Shown here in pieces: positions 49,844 to 61,967 of a DNA stretch of 64,000 nucleotides; the first letter of the stretch is position 1; each line of letters starts with the position of its first letter. Source of the stretch: an uncultured Chloroflexia bacterium (lineage in GTDB: Bacteria; Chloroflexota; Limnocylindria; QHBO01); assembly GCA_963810925.1 (NCBI GenBank), contig CAWEPF010000010.1, positions 333,695 through 397,694 of the forward strand, in the 5' to 3' direction. Below the pieces are notes generated by a model that had not been told where the DNA came from, ran no database searches, and was given only the letters and a program-made list of their open reading frames with translations. Position numbers and translations under genes: made by a program.

Positions 49844-51232
49844 ATGACCGACCTGGTGGTGGCCGGCGGCACCGTGGTCACCGCCGAAGGATCGTTCGAG
49901 GCCGACGTGGCGGTGACCGATGGCCGGATCAGCGCCGTCGGGAGTGACCTTCCCCGGGAGCCTGGCGTGGAGGTGGTGGACGCCACCGGGCTGTTCGTTC
50001 TCCCGGGTTGCGTGGACGTTCATACCCACACCCGTATCCCGACCGACGACGAGCCGGATCGGTTCTTCCAGGACAGCCTGGCCGCGGCGTTCGGTGGCAC
50101 GACCACGTTCCTCGCGTTCAACAACCCGGGCACCGGCATCTCCGAGGAGGGGTCTGCCTCGTTGCTGGCCGGGCTGAGCGAGTTCCGCGCCCGCACCGAA
50201 GGCGAATCCGCGGTGGACTACGGGCTGAGCGCGGTGATCACCGGCCAGCAGGCCGACCCGGTGGCCGAGCTCCCCGAGCTCATCGCCGAGGGCGTGCCCA
50301 CCGCCAAGGCGTTCATGGTCTTCGACTTCCGCCTGACCGATGACCGGCTGTTCGCCGCCTTCGCGGCAATGGGCCGCCACGGCGGGATGCTGGAGGTCCA
50401 CTGCGAGAACGCCACGATCATCGATGCGCTGACCGCGGAGGCGCTGGCCCGCGGGAACGTCGCGTGTCGTCATCACGCGCTGACCCGGCCCACCTACGCG
50501 GAGGCCGAGGCCACCCACCGGGCGATCGCCCTGGCCCGCGCCGCGGACGCATCGGTCTACATCGTCCATCTGTCGTGCGCGGACGCCCTGGCCGAGGTGG
50601 TCACCGCCAAGGCCCGGGGATGGCCGGTGTACGCCGAGACGTGCCCCCACTACCTGACCCTGACCGATGACCGATACGCCCCGCCTGACGAGGGCGAGGT
50701 CATCAAAGCGGTCATCTCGCCGCCCCTCCGTTCCGACGCGGACCGCCAGGCCCTGTGGATGGGCCTGGCCCGGGGCGGGCTGGACCTCGTGGCCAGCGAC
50801 CACGTCCCCGATCGGCTGGCCGTCGAGAAGCGCGTGCCGGCGCCGCCGTTCCCGCTCATATCAAACGGGGCGCCCGGGATCGAGACGCTGCTGTCGGTGG
50901 TCTACGCCGAAGGCGTGGCCCGGGGCCGGATCACCATGGAGCAGATGGTGGACCGATCGGCGACGACCCCGGCGCGGCTGTTCGGGATGCCCATGAAGGG
51001 GGCGATCGAGGTGGGCCGCGATGCGGACCTCGTCCTGTTCGATCCGGGCGCGGACCGGACGATTGACCAGGCTGACCTGCACCACGCCAGCGATTTCACG
51101 CCCTACGAGGGAATGGAGGTGCCTGGATCAGTCCGCACGGTGCTCGTTCGCGGAACCGCCGTCATCCGGGACGGCGCGGCGGTGGGGGAGCGCGGCCATG
51201 GTCGGTTCGTGGAGCGTCGCCTCCAACCCTAG
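49844..51232 (+). CDS. Cyclic amidohydrolase (allantoinase / dihydropyrimidinase / hydantoinase family)
   Basis: VDVHTHT is the metal-binding motif. The carbamylated-lysine region and a conserved C-terminal Asp are present. Confidence 0.8.
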   Translation: MTDLVVAGGTVVTAEGSFEADVAVTDGRISAVGSDLPREPGVEVVDATGLFVLPGCVDVHTHTRIPTDDEPDRFFQDSLAAAFGGTTTFLAFNNPGTGISEEGSASLLAGLSEFRARTEGESAVDYGLSAVITGQQADPVAELPELIAEGVPTAKAFMVFDFRLTDDRLFAAFAAMGRHGGMLEVHCENATIIDALTAEALARGNVACRHHALTRPTYAEAEATHRAIALARAADASVYIVHLSCADALAEVVTAKARGWPVYAETCPHYLTLTDDRYAPPDEGEVIKAVISPPLRSDADRQALWMGLARGGLDLVASDHVPDRLAVEKRVPAPPFPLISNGAPGIETLLSVVYAEGVARGRITMEQMVDRSATTPARLFGMPMKGAIEVGRDADLVLFDPGADRTIDQADLHHASDFTPYEGMEVPGSVRTVLVRGTAVIRDGAAVGERGHGRFVERRLQP

Positions 51233-51282
51233 ACGAATGGGCCACTTGCCAACAGGACCCGGTATGGGTCTAGGCTGGTGAC

Positions 51283-51761
51283 ATGCGTCGCGGCATACCG
51301 GACGCCTACGAAGTCCTCCAGGTGCACCCGTCCGCGGCCCCGGAGGTCATCGAGGCGGCCTATCGGGCCCTTGCTCGGCTTCACCATCCGGATCTGACGA
51401 AGGACCCGGAGTCGGCGAAAGCCATGGTCGAGCTGAATGCAGCCTATGAGACGCTGCGCCAGCCGGACCAGCGGGCTGCATACGATCGATCCCTGGTTCA
51501 CCCGGTCATGCAGGCTTCCACCACCCTGTCCGAACGCATGCGCGATAGCGCGATGTCGGCGGCTTCCCACGGACCGGAGAACCCCGCCCACACGGTGCTC
51601 AACTTCGGGCGGTATGAAGGCATGACCCTGGCCGAGATCTCCCGGGTGGATCCCGAGTACCTCCAGTGGCTCCAGCGTCATTCATCCGGCGTTCGATACC
51701 GCAACCAGATCAACGACATCCTGACCGCCACCTCAGCCAGGCGGGAATCCAGCCCCATGGC

Positions 51762-51777
<16 letters not shown>
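51283..51777 (+). CDS. J-domain (DnaJ-like) protein with an uncharacterised C-terminal domain
   Basis: [31 protein letters not shown] contains the HPD motif. Confidence 0.65.
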
Positions 51778-53340
<1,563 letters not shown>

Positions 53341-53384
53341 GATCGATGCGCCTCAGCGGCTTGGGGATGATGCCCGCCGCCAGA

Positions 53385-53936
53385 TCAGACGACGAGCTCG
53401 TCGAGATGGCGCTGGCGGGTGGTCTCCTGCTTGGCATTCACCACCCACCAGGTGGCGTTGCGGCGGAAGCCGGGGGTCTGCGACTGCCAGGAGACCCAAG
53501 CCGCGGGATTAGCCTCCAGCTGCGAGGAATACTCGGCGGGAAGCTCGCGCGGGCGGTTTTCGTACGAGTAGATGCCCGTGTTCGCCTCCGTGCGGGCCTC
53601 GAACGCCGCGAGGCCGGCCCGTGCCATCCGTCCCTCGCTGATCAGCTCCTGCACCCGCCGCACGTTCAGCGCGCTCCAGGTGCTGCCCGTGCGTCGTGGG
53701 GTGAATCGGTTGGTGTGGACCTCGTCGTCCACCCGGTACGTCAGCCCGTCGATCCAGCCGTAGCACAGCGCTTCGTCCACGGCCTCAGGGTAGGTGATGC
53801 TCGTCTTCCCGGTTGCCTTTCGGTAATAGCCGACCCAGAGCTCGGGTGTGTCGGCGTGGTGCTCCTCGAGCCATCCCCGAAAAGCGGCGGCCGTTGGAAA
53901 CACCGATACCTGGTCGCGGGCGGGACGCGGGCTCAC
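53385..53936 (-). CDS. YdeI/OmpD-associated family protein
   Basis: FPTAAAFRGWLEEHHADTPELWVGYYRK...CYGWIDG matches the family. The start is uncertain (GTG). Confidence 0.55.
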   Translation of the reverse strand: MSPRPARDQVSVFPTAAAFRGWLEEHHADTPELWVGYYRKATGKTSITYPEAVDEALCYGWIDGLTYRVDDEVHTNRFTPRRTGSTWSALNVRRVQELISEGRMARAGLAAFEARTEANTGIYSYENRPRELPAEYSSQLEANPAAWVSWQSQTPGFRRNATWWVVNAKQETTRQRHLDELVV

Positions 53937-54793
53937 CAGCCTCCCTCGTCGCGGATGAGGCGGCGGAGGACCCGGCCGGCCACGAGGCGGCGGTAGTCGG
54001 CCGAGGAGCGGACGTCGTCGATGGGCTGGATGTCGGCTTCCAGGGCTGCCACCGCATCGTCGGCGGTGGCGCGGATCGGGTGGCGGCCTTCGAGGACCGA
54101 CTCGGTTGCGAGGGAACGGACCGGGGTCGCCGCCACGGACCCCAGGGCCAGCCTTGGGTTGTGCCACGACCCGTCCTCCCCGGTGACCCACGAGAGGGAC
54201 ATGACGACCTTGCTGATGGCCTGCGCCCGCCGCGTACCGATCTTGCGGAACCGCACGTGTCGGCGGGGGAGCAGTGGGACGCGGACGCGGAGGACCAGCT
54301 CGTCGTCGCGGCGAGCAGTCTGGCGGTAGGCCGGGAAGAACTCGTCCGCGGGAACCGTCCGCTCCCCGGTGGCGCTGCCCAGCACGACCAGGCTGTCGGT
54401 GGCCAACCAGATGGGGAGCGTGTCCCCGGCGGGCGAGGCGTTGACCAGATTGCCGCCCACCGTGCCCCGGTTCTGGATCTGCGCGGCTCCGATGGTGGCC
54501 GCCGCGGCGACCAGGGCGGGAAGCAGCTCGCCCACGAGGGCCGATTCGCGCAGCTCGGTGTAGGTCGTCAGCGCACCGATGACCAGCTCATCCCCATCGA
54601 GCGCGATCCCGCGCAGCTCGTCGAGTCCCCAGATGTCGAGGACCCGATCCGGGGGCGGTCCCAGCTCGCCGCTGATCTGGACCAGCAGGTCGGTCCCGCC
54701 GGCCACGGGCCGCCAGACCGGCCCATCCTCGGTCAGCAGGCGGTAGGCATCGGTCAGGGTGGCCGGGCTCTCGACGGGCGGCTCAGCCGGCAT
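53933..54793 (-). CDS. Xanthine dehydrogenase family, FAD-binding (medium) subunit
   Basis: VAGGTDLLVQ...IQNRGTVGGNLVNASPAGD is the FAD_binding_5 motif. Confidence 0.8.
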   Translation of the reverse strand: MPAEPPVESPATLTDAYRLLTEDGPVWRPVAGGTDLLVQISGELGPPPDRVLDIWGLDELRGIALDGDELVIGALTTYTELRESALVGELLPALVAAAATIGAAQIQNRGTVGGNLVNASPAGDTLPIWLATDSLVVLGSATGERTVPADEFFPAYRQTARRDDELVLRVRVPLLPRRHVRFRKIGTRRAQAISKVVMSLSWVTGEDGSWHNPRLALGSVAATPVRSLATESVLEGRHPIRATADDAVAALEADIQPIDDVRSSADYRRLVAGRVLRRLIRDEGGW

Positions 54794-54802
54794 CGGTCTG
54801 CC

Positions 54803-55285
54803 CTAGACCTCGCTCGCGCCGGCTGCTGCTCCGCGTTCGGCGGCCAGCACGATGGCGTCGATGATCTTCGTGTAGCCCGTGCAGCGGCACAGGTTCCCGG
54901 CAATGGCTTCGCGGACGGCATCCTCGGTGGGCTCGCCGCCGGTGGCCAGGAACGCCTGACCGGCCATGAGCATGCCCGGGGTGCAGATCCCGCACTGGGC
55001 ACCGCCGGTCTCGAGGAATGCGGCCTGGAGCGCGTTCAGGGCGCCATTCGCATCCAGCCCCTCGACCGTCTGGACGTCCGCACCGCTCACCTGGCACAGC
55101 GGGACGAGGCATGAATCCACCACCGCGCCGTTCAGCAGGACCGAGCAGGCGCCGCATTCGCCCTCCCCGCAGCCTTCCTTGGTGCCGGTCAGGCCCAGGT
55201 CCTCGCGGAGCACGTCGAGGAGGCGCCGCATGCCGGGCGCCTCGACCTCGGTCGGGACGCCGTTGACCGTGAGCCGGTAGGTCAT
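54803..55285 (-). CDS. Xanthine dehydrogenase family, [2Fe-2S] (small) subunit
   Basis: CGEGECGACSV and CGICTPGM are the two iron-sulfur cluster motifs. Confidence 0.85.
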   Translation of the reverse strand: MTYRLTVNGVPTEVEAPGMRRLLDVLREDLGLTGTKEGCGEGECGACSVLLNGAVVDSCLVPLCQVSGADVQTVEGLDANGALNALQAAFLETGGAQCGICTPGMLMAGQAFLATGGEPTEDAVREAIAGNLCRCTGYTKIIDAIVLAAERGAAAGASEV

Positions 55286-57594
55286 GCCCGCGACTCCGCG
55301 CTGATGCCCGGCGGTCCTGGCGGCGCCGAGTCGGTGAGCGCGGCCAGGATCCGTTCCGAAGTCGCCGGGAGGTCCGTGATCCACACGCCGATGGCGTCGT
55401 GGATGGCGGCCACGATCGCCGGCGCGACCACGTCCATGGGCAGCTCACCCACGCCCTTCGCCCCGTGCGGAACGCCGCTGTACGGATGCTCGAGCAGGAT
55501 GGCCGTGATCCGCGGCGCGTCCATGGCGGTCGGAATGAGGTACGTGGCCAGCCGATCGTTCTGGTAGCGGCCGTCGATCAGCTTGAGCTCCTCGATCGTC
55601 GCGTAGCCCACCGCCTGGAGCGAGCCGCCCTCCACCTGGCCCTCGGCCAGCACCTGGTGGATGACCCGCCCGATCTCGTCGGCGCTGACGACATCGGTCA
55701 CGCTCACCTCGCCGGTGTCGAGGTCGATCTCCACCTCGGCCACCGCGCTGGCCCAGCCGAAGCATGGATACGCGTCGCCCTGGTAGGTCGCGTCGTCGAA
55801 GGTGACGCCCGGATACGGGATGAACTGCTCGTCCACCCGGGTGGCGCCGTGCTCGGCGGCGAAGGACCGATACGTCTCGGCGAATGAACCGCCGGTGGCG
55901 GTCTCGACCTGGGCCCGCAGGCGCTCGGCAGCCTTGATCAGGAGGCCGCCCACCACCATGGCCGTGCGCGACGCCACGGTGGGCCCGGAGTCGGGGACGA
56001 TGGAGGTGTCCTGGGGCGCGATGTCGACCAGGTCCGAATCGACCCCCAGGGCCTCGCCCACGAGCTGCGGGAAGATGGTCTTGGTTCCCTGGCCCATCTC
56101 GGTCGAGGCGGTCAGGATCCGGATGGCACCCTCCGCGGTGAGCTCGAGCGATGCCACGCTGGCCAGGTGGACCTCGCCCGATCCGGTGAATCCGGCGCCG
56201 TGCCACGCGAGCGCCAGACCGATGCCGCGCGCGGTGCGCGCGTCGTCCGCCCGGGATTCCCGTGCGCGGCGGGTATGGGCGGCCACACCCTCGTACTCGC
56301 TGGCCTGGGCGGCGGCCTCGAGGACCTCGAGCCCGGCCACGCTCTCGCGGAGCACCTGGCCGGTGGGCGTGACGCCGCCTTCGCGATAGACCCAGCTGCG
56401 CCGCAGGGCGAGCGGGGAGAGGCCGAGGCGCTCGGCAATCCGGTTGACCTGGGTTTCGGCCGCGAACTCGGTCTGCGGCGCGCCGAAGCCGCGGAATGCG
56501 CCGTTGGGCGGAGTGTTGGTGGCCATCGCCCGTCCACGGATCCGGACGTTGGGGCACTCGTATGGGCCGCCGGCGTGGATCGTGCCCCGGCTCAGCACGA
56601 CCGGCGTCAGGGTGACGTACGCCCCACCGTCCATGACGACCTCGATGTCCTGGGCCACGAGCTGGCCTTCGCGAGTCACGCCGGTCCGGTGCCGAATCCA
56701 GGCCGGGTGGCGCTTCGTGGTCGCGCTGATGTCCTCGTGGCGGTCGTAGATCATGCGGACCGGCTTACCGACACGCTGCGCCAGGAGGGCGGCGTGGAGG
56801 GCGATGATCGAGGGGTATTCCTCCTTGCCGCCGAACCCGCCGCCGGTCTCGGCCTGGATGACCACCGCCTGTGAATCGGTCAGGTTCAGTGCCCGTTTCA
56901 GTGCGCCGTGGATGTAGTACGGGCACTGCATCGAGCCGTGGACCTCGACCCCGCCGTCGGGTCGGGGGACGGCGATCATGGCCTGGTTCTCGATGTACAG
57001 CTGCTCCTGGTGACCGACCCGATATTCACCCTCGACCACGATGTCGGCCGCCGCCAGCCCGGCTTCGACGTCGCCCTTGCCCAGCTCGAAGTGCGCGAAC
57101 TCGCGGTCCGACAGGAGCGGATCGAATACGGCCGGCAGGCGCTCGGTGCGCAGCGTGACGTGGTGCTTGGCGGCGCGCAGGATGGCGCGGTCCGGTGCCG
57201 CCAGCAGGCACACCGGCTCGGCCTGGTGCTGGATCTCGGAGCCCACCGCCACGAGCACCGGCTGGTCGTCCTGGATGAGGCTCACCACATTGTCGCCGGG
57301 GATGTCCTTGGCGGTGATGACCACGACCTTGCTCCAGTCGTACTCCGGGTCGAGGTCGATCCCCAGCAGGCGGGCGTGCGGCTCCGTCGAGCGGATCGTG
57401 GCGCCGTACCACGCTCCGGGGAAGACGAGGTCGTCGGCGTACTTCGCCAGCCCGGTCAGCTTCTCAGGTCCCTCGCGGCGCAGGGGGAGCGCGGCCCGGG
57501 CGCGGCCGGATGCCAGGATGCCGGGTGGGATCACGAGCGGCGCTTCAGGCGGGGAGGACGACCTCACGGCCTCATGGTAATGAGTCGCGCCCAT
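55282..57594 (-). CDS. Xanthine dehydrogenase family, molybdopterin-binding (large) subunit
   Basis: GGGFGGK and the aldehyde-oxidase/xanthine-dehydrogenase a/b-hammerhead and Mo-binding regions are present. The start is uncertain (ATG at 57594 or GTG at 57534). Confidence 0.85.
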   Translation of the reverse strand: MGATHYHEAVRSSSPPEAPLVIPPGILASGRARAALPLRREGPEKLTGLAKYADDLVFPGAWYGATIRSTEPHARLLGIDLDPEYDWSKVVVITAKDIPGDNVVSLIQDDQPVLVAVGSEIQHQAEPVCLLAAPDRAILRAAKHHVTLRTERLPAVFDPLLSDREFAHFELGKGDVEAGLAAADIVVEGEYRVGHQEQLYIENQAMIAVPRPDGGVEVHGSMQCPYYIHGALKRALNLTDSQAVVIQAETGGGFGGKEEYPSIIALHAALLAQRVGKPVRMIYDRHEDISATTKRHPAWIRHRTGVTREGQLVAQDIEVVMDGGAYVTLTPVVLSRGTIHAGGPYECPNVRIRGRAMATNTPPNGAFRGFGAPQTEFAAETQVNRIAERLGLSPLALRRSWVYREGGVTPTGQVLRESVAGLEVLEAAAQASEYEGVAAHTRRARESRADDARTARGIGLALAWHGAGFTGSGEVHLASVASLELTAEGAIRILTASTEMGQGTKTIFPQLVGEALGVDSDLVDIAPQDTSIVPDSGPTVASRTAMVVGGLLIKAAERLRAQVETATGGSFAETYRSFAAEHGATRVDEQFIPYPGVTFDDATYQGDAYPCFGWASAVAEVEIDLDTGEVSVTDVVSADEIGRVIHQVLAEGQVEGGSLQAVGYATIEELKLIDGRYQNDRLATYLIPTAMDAPRITAILLEHPYSGVPHGAKGVGELPMDVVAPAIVAAIHDAIGVWITDLPATSERILAALTDSAPPGPPGISAESRA

Positions 57595-59170
57595 GGCGCA
57601 GGGCGCGTCCGGGGAGTGCGCCCGTCGGCTTCCCGCCGTCCACCACGAGCTCCCCGTTGACGGCGACGAACTCGATGCCGTCGGGGAACGCGCGGGGCTC
57701 GTCGTAGGTGGCGTTGGAGCGGACGCGCGCCGGGTCGAACACCACGAGGTCCGCGGCCAGCCCGTCGCGCAGGAGCCCACGGTCCCGAATCCCCAGGCGG
57801 GCAGCCGGGGCGGACGTCATCTTGCGGATCGCTTCCTCGAGCGACAGGCGCTGCTCGTCCCGCACGAACTGACCGAGGATGCGCGGGTACGAGCCGTACG
57901 TCCGCGGCGACGGTTTCAGGCCCATGAACGTGGAATCGGTGCCGACCATGCCCGCCGGATGGGCGACGAAGGCGGGGAGCGTCTCGGACCACGGCCCGGG
58001 CGTGACCTGGTTCACCCGCAGGTCCTCGGCCAGCAGCAGGTCGCAGATGGCATCCACCGCGTCCACGCCCCACGCGGCCATGACGTCGGCCACCGTGCGC
58101 CCCTCGAACGGGGCATACGTGCGGCTCGTCAGCGCCCCGATCCGGATGTCAGCCCATCCGGTGGGTGACCCATGCTGCGGCCCGCGCGCGCCCATGGATG
58201 CCCGCAGCCGCTCGCGCGCGCCGGTGTCGGCCAGGCGCTCCTTCAAGGGCCGCGGCCCGCCGGATTGGATCCAGTGGGGGAGCTGGATCAGCAGGCGCGT
58301 GGACGCCCACTCGTACGGGTACGTGTCGAAGGTGACGTCGGCGCCTGCCGCTCGCGCGTCGTCCACCAGGGCGAGCATCGGTTCGGGACCGCCCGGATAG
58401 GCCTGGCGGTGATAGAAGTGGGTGAGGTGGACCGGTCCGTGGCCCATCTCGCCAATCGCCAGCGCCTCGCGGAACGGGTCGAGGAAGCGGTCGCCGAGCT
58501 CGTATCGGACATGCGTGTGGTAGAAGCCGCCCTCGCGCGCCGCCGCGTTGGTCAGGTCCGCGAGCTCCTCGGTGCTCGCGTAGGCGCCGGGCGGGTAGTC
58601 CAGGCCGCTCGACAGCCCAAAGGCCCCTTCCGCCATGCCCTCGCGGAGCATGGCCCGCATGTCGGCCATGGCCATGTGGTCGGCGGCCACGTCCTCCCAG
58701 CCCAGGGCGCAGACGCGGAGCGCCGAGTTTCCGATCAGCATGGCCACGTTCACGGCGACCCCGCGATCGAAGCGCCGCAGGTAGCTCGCGACCGTGTCCC
58801 AGTCGAGGGCGATGTCCGGGCGCGCGTCGAGGCCCGCGTTCATCTCGACCTGCGCGGCCAGGTCCTCGGGTTTCGTGAAGGGCGCGTACGACAGCCCGTC
58901 CACCCCGATGACCTCGGTCGTGACGCCCTGCCGGATCTTGGGCTCGTGGGTGGGCTCGTGGAGGAGCCACAGCCCCGAATGCGAATGGAGGTCGATGAAT
59001 CCGGGCGCCACCACCATGCCGGGAACGGAGATGGACCGATGTGCGGCGGGCGCATCGGCGCCCGCCGCGAGGATTCGCAGCCGGCCGTTCTCCACGGCCA
59101 CGGAGCCGGGGATGCCCGGTGCACCGCTGCCATCGACCAGCGTGCCGTCGGTGAACAGGAGGTCGATCAC
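57572..59170 (-). CDS. N-acyl-D-amino-acid deacylase (D-aminoacylase, amidohydrolase_3 family)
   Basis: GFIDLHSHSGL... and the C-terminal metal-binding His/Asp residues match the family. Confidence 0.75.
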   Translation of the reverse strand: MIDLLFTDGTLVDGSGAPGIPGSVAVENGRLRILAAGADAPAAHRSISVPGMVVAPGFIDLHSHSGLWLLHEPTHEPKIRQGVTTEVIGVDGLSYAPFTKPEDLAAQVEMNAGLDARPDIALDWDTVASYLRRFDRGVAVNVAMLIGNSALRVCALGWEDVAADHMAMADMRAMLREGMAEGAFGLSSGLDYPPGAYASTEELADLTNAAAREGGFYHTHVRYELGDRFLDPFREALAIGEMGHGPVHLTHFYHRQAYPGGPEPMLALVDDARAAGADVTFDTYPYEWASTRLLIQLPHWIQSGGPRPLKERLADTGARERLRASMGARGPQHGSPTGWADIRIGALTSRTYAPFEGRTVADVMAAWGVDAVDAICDLLLAEDLRVNQVTPGPWSETLPAFVAHPAGMVGTDSTFMGLKPSPRTYGSYPRILGQFVRDEQRLSLEEAIRKMTSAPAARLGIRDRGLLRDGLAADLVVFDPARVRSNATYDEPRAFPDGIEFVAVNGELVVDGGKPTGALPGRALRHGRDSLP

Positions 59171-60147
59171 CCGGTCCCATCCACGTCGCGCCGCGAACCG
59201 CCCGACCGCCCGTACCGGGTGGCCACCAGCTCGGCCACGATGGCCAGGGCGATCTCGGCCGGGTCCCGACCACCCAGGTCCAGACCGATGGGCGCGTGGA
59301 GGTTCGCCAGCTCCGCCTCGCCCAGACCGATGGCCTCCAGGCGACCACGCCGGTCCGCCTGGGCCCGACGGCTGCCGATGGCGCCCACGTACGCAATATC
59401 GGCGCGAAGAGCCGCGGCCAGCGCCGGCTCGTCGATCTTCGGGTCGTGCGAGAGGACGACCACCGAGTCGTCAGGCCGTAGGCCGTGCTCCGCGAAGGCG
59501 CGATCCGGCCAATCGGTGATCACGACGAAGCCGTCGAGGCGCGGCTGCTCGGCGAAGAGGCGGCGCGGGTCGACCAGGAGCGGCGCGAAACCGGCCCGCG
59601 CCGCGAACGCGGCCACGTGCTCCGCGATATGTCCGGCGCCGATCACCCATACCCGGGGAGCGGGCAGGACCCGATCGAATACGGTGTCTTCGCCGCCGGC
59701 CGCCGCGACCGCGGCGCCTCCGTCCAGGACGCGCACGGTTCCCAACGCTTCTGGCCCCAGCCCCATCTCACGGGCTGCCGGCCGCTCAGCGTCGATCAAT
59801 GCCGTGAACAGCTCGAGCAGCGAGGCGGTCGTGCCTCGCACGGGCTCGATCAAGACCTCGATCGTGCCACCGCACAGCAGGCCCACCTCGAGACCCTGGT
59901 CATCGGTGATGCCGTAGTGCCGAAGCGTCGGCTCGGCAGACTCCAGCACCGCCAGCGCGTGCTTCACCACGTCCCCTTCGACGCATCCGCCGCTCACCGA
60001 ACCGGCCATCGCCCCGGCCGAGGAGACGGCCAGCTTGGCGCCAACCCCGCGGGGCGCGGATCCGTCGACCCGGACGACGGTCGCCAGGGCGGCATCGGTG
60101 CCGTCGCTGCGCCACGCGCGAATGGCGGCGAGCGCCTCGTCCATCAT
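59167..60147 (-). CDS. xdhC: XdhC/CoxI-family xanthine dehydrogenase maturation factor
   Basis: Internal start MMDEALAAIRAW... XdhC_CoxI N-domain. A Rossmann-like C-domain follows (VWVIGAGHIAEHVAAFA). Confidence 0.8.
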   Translation of the reverse strand: MMDEALAAIRAWRSDGTDAALATVVRVDGSAPRGVGAKLAVSSAGAMAGSVSGGCVEGDVVKHALAVLESAEPTLRHYGITDDQGLEVGLLCGGTIEVLIEPVRGTTASLLELFTALIDAERPAAREMGLGPEALGTVRVLDGGAAVAAAGGEDTVFDRVLPAPRVWVIGAGHIAEHVAAFAARAGFAPLLVDPRRLFAEQPRLDGFVVITDWPDRAFAEHGLRPDDSVVVLSHDPKIDEPALAAALRADIAYVGAIGSRRAQADRRGRLEAIGLGEAELANLHAPIGLDLGGRDPAEIALAIVAELVATRYGRSGGSRRDVDGTG

Positions 60148-60156
60148 CGGTCCAGT

Positions 60157-60729
60157 ATGGAACCGATGGGTGATGGGCTGGATGTCAGCGCGGTGGTCCT
60201 GGCCGCGGGGCTGGGGACGCGCTTCGGGGAGCCAAAGGTCAATGCCGTGCTGCGGGGCCGGCGGTTCCTCGACCACGTGGTCGAGCGGCTCCGCGAAGCG
60301 GGCGTGACCTCGATCATCGCCGTCGTCCCGCCGGGCGCCGACGTGCCGGGCGACGTGCGGGCCGTCGAGAACGCGGACCCGGACGAAGGACAGGGCCTCT
60401 CCCTGCGCCTGGGCGTCGCAGCCGTACCGGCCGGCCACGCCGCGCTGTTCCTCCTCGTGGACGAGCCCACGATCCCGGTGAAAACCCTGCGGGCCGTGCT
60501 CGACGCGCGCGGCGAACGGCCCATCGTGGCCGCGGAGGCCGGGGAGCGATTCGGCCCCCCGGTCCTCGTGGAACCGGGCGCGTTTGCGGTCGTCGCGGCC
60601 GCGATCGGTGACATCGGTCTGCGAGCCGTGCTTCGCGAGCACCCGGACCTGGTGACCGGCGTGCCGGTGGCCGGGCATCCGCCGGACGTGGACACGCCGG
60701 ACGACCTCGCCGCCCTTGGCGGCCGGTAG
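60157..60729 (+). CDS. MobA/MocA-like molybdenum-cofactor nucleotidyltransferase
   Basis: VSAVVLAAGLGTRFG is the NTP-transferase glycine-rich loop. Confidence 0.75.
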   Translation: MEPMGDGLDVSAVVLAAGLGTRFGEPKVNAVLRGRRFLDHVVERLREAGVTSIIAVVPPGADVPGDVRAVENADPDEGQGLSLRLGVAAVPAGHAALFLLVDEPTIPVKTLRAVLDARGERPIVAAEAGERFGPPVLVEPGAFAVVAAAIGDIGLRAVLREHPDLVTGVPVAGHPPDVDTPDDLAALGGR

Positions 60730-60754
60730 GCAGCAGCGCCGCTAGACTGCGGCC

Positions 60755-61804
60755 ATGACCATCGAACGGGTCGGGAGTGCCGAGGTCCTGCCCGAGGAGG
60801 CCGCGCTCGAGGCCACCGTGCGTCCCCGCCGCCTCGACGAGTTCGCGGGCCAGGAGCGGATCAAGGAGAACCTCGGGATCCTGATCGACGCCGCCAGGCA
60901 GCGGTCGGAGCCGGTTGACCACATCCTTCTGTACGGCCCGCCGGGCCTGGGCAAGACGACCCTCGCCACGATCGTGGCGGCCGAGGTCGGGGCGCAGCTG
61001 CGCACGACGTCCGGCCCGGCCATCGAGCGAGCCGGGGACCTGGCGGCCATCCTGACCGGCCTCCAGCGCGGCGACGTCCTGTTCATCGATGAGATCCATC
61101 GGCTCTCGCACGTGGTCGAGGAGGTGCTCTACCCGGCCATGGAGGACTTCGCGCTCGACATCGTGCTGGGCAAGGGCCCGGGGGCGCGGACGGTACGCCT
61201 CCAGATCGAGCCGATCACGGTCATCGGCGCGACCACCCGGGTGGGGTCCATCACCGGGCCGCTCCGTGACCGATTTGGGGTCACCCACCGATTGGACTAC
61301 TACACCGATGCCGACCTGGTCACGATCCTCCATCGAAGCGCCGGGATTCTCGAGATCCCGCTGGCCGATGATGCCGCCGAGCTCATCGCGCGACGAAGTC
61401 GAGGCACGCCCCGGATCGCGAACCGCCTCCTGAAGCGGGTCCGCGACTACGCCCAGGTGCGGGGCAGCGAGGATGGCGAGGCCACCGCCGCCGCGGCCGA
61501 GGCTGCGCTGGGCCTCCTCGATATCGATGAGCGCGGTCTGGATGCCCTCGATCGGCAGCTGTTGATCGCGATCGCGGAGCACCACGGCGGGGGACCGGTG
61601 GGCCTCCAGACGATGGCCGCCACGATCAGCGAGCCGGTGGAAACGATCGAGGACGTGGTCGAGCCGTACCTCATCCAGGCCGGGCTCCTGGCCCGGACAT
61701 CGCGCGGTCGGCAGCTGACGCCGGGTGCGTGGGCCCACCTGGGGCTGACGCCGCCCGCGGAACTGGCCTCCATCGCGGCCGAGCAACCGGGTCTTTTCGA
61801 CTGA
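60755..61804 (+). CDS. ruvB: Holliday-junction DNA helicase RuvB
   Basis: [14 protein letters not shown] is the Walker A motif. DEIHRL and the RuvB C-domain are present. Confidence 0.9.
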   Translation: MTIERVGSAEVLPEEAALEATVRPRRLDEFAGQERIKENLGILIDAARQRSEPVDHILLYGPPGLGKTTLATIVAAEVGAQLRTTSGPAIERAGDLAAILTGLQRGDVLFIDEIHRLSHVVEEVLYPAMEDFALDIVLGKGPGARTVRLQIEPITVIGATTRVGSITGPLRDRFGVTHRLDYYTDADLVTILHRSAGILEIPLADDAAELIARRSRGTPRIANRLLKRVRDYAQVRGSEDGEATAAAAEAALGLLDIDERGLDALDRQLLIAIAEHHGGGPVGLQTMAATISEPVETIEDVVEPYLIQAGLLARTSRGRQLTPGAWAHLGLTPPAELASIAAEQPGLFD

Positions 61805-61967
61805 TTTTCGGGCCCCCTGATCGGGGCTGACACCCGGCTGGCGTGGCCCGCGCAGAAATCGGTCTAACGGCGCGTTAACGAACGCTACGATCCGCCTCCG
61901 GGTCGCGTCACGTGCCCTGCCCTTGGTGCGGCGTTCGACCCAGGGAGCGAGGAGGGCCCCAGTCAAC

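Noticed and set aside
61805-61967. Possible purine riboswitch upstream of the NCS2 purine permease
   Set aside because: No match to the conserved purine-riboswitch core (the loop-loop and junction sequences are absent). Only a weak hairpin follows ruvB.
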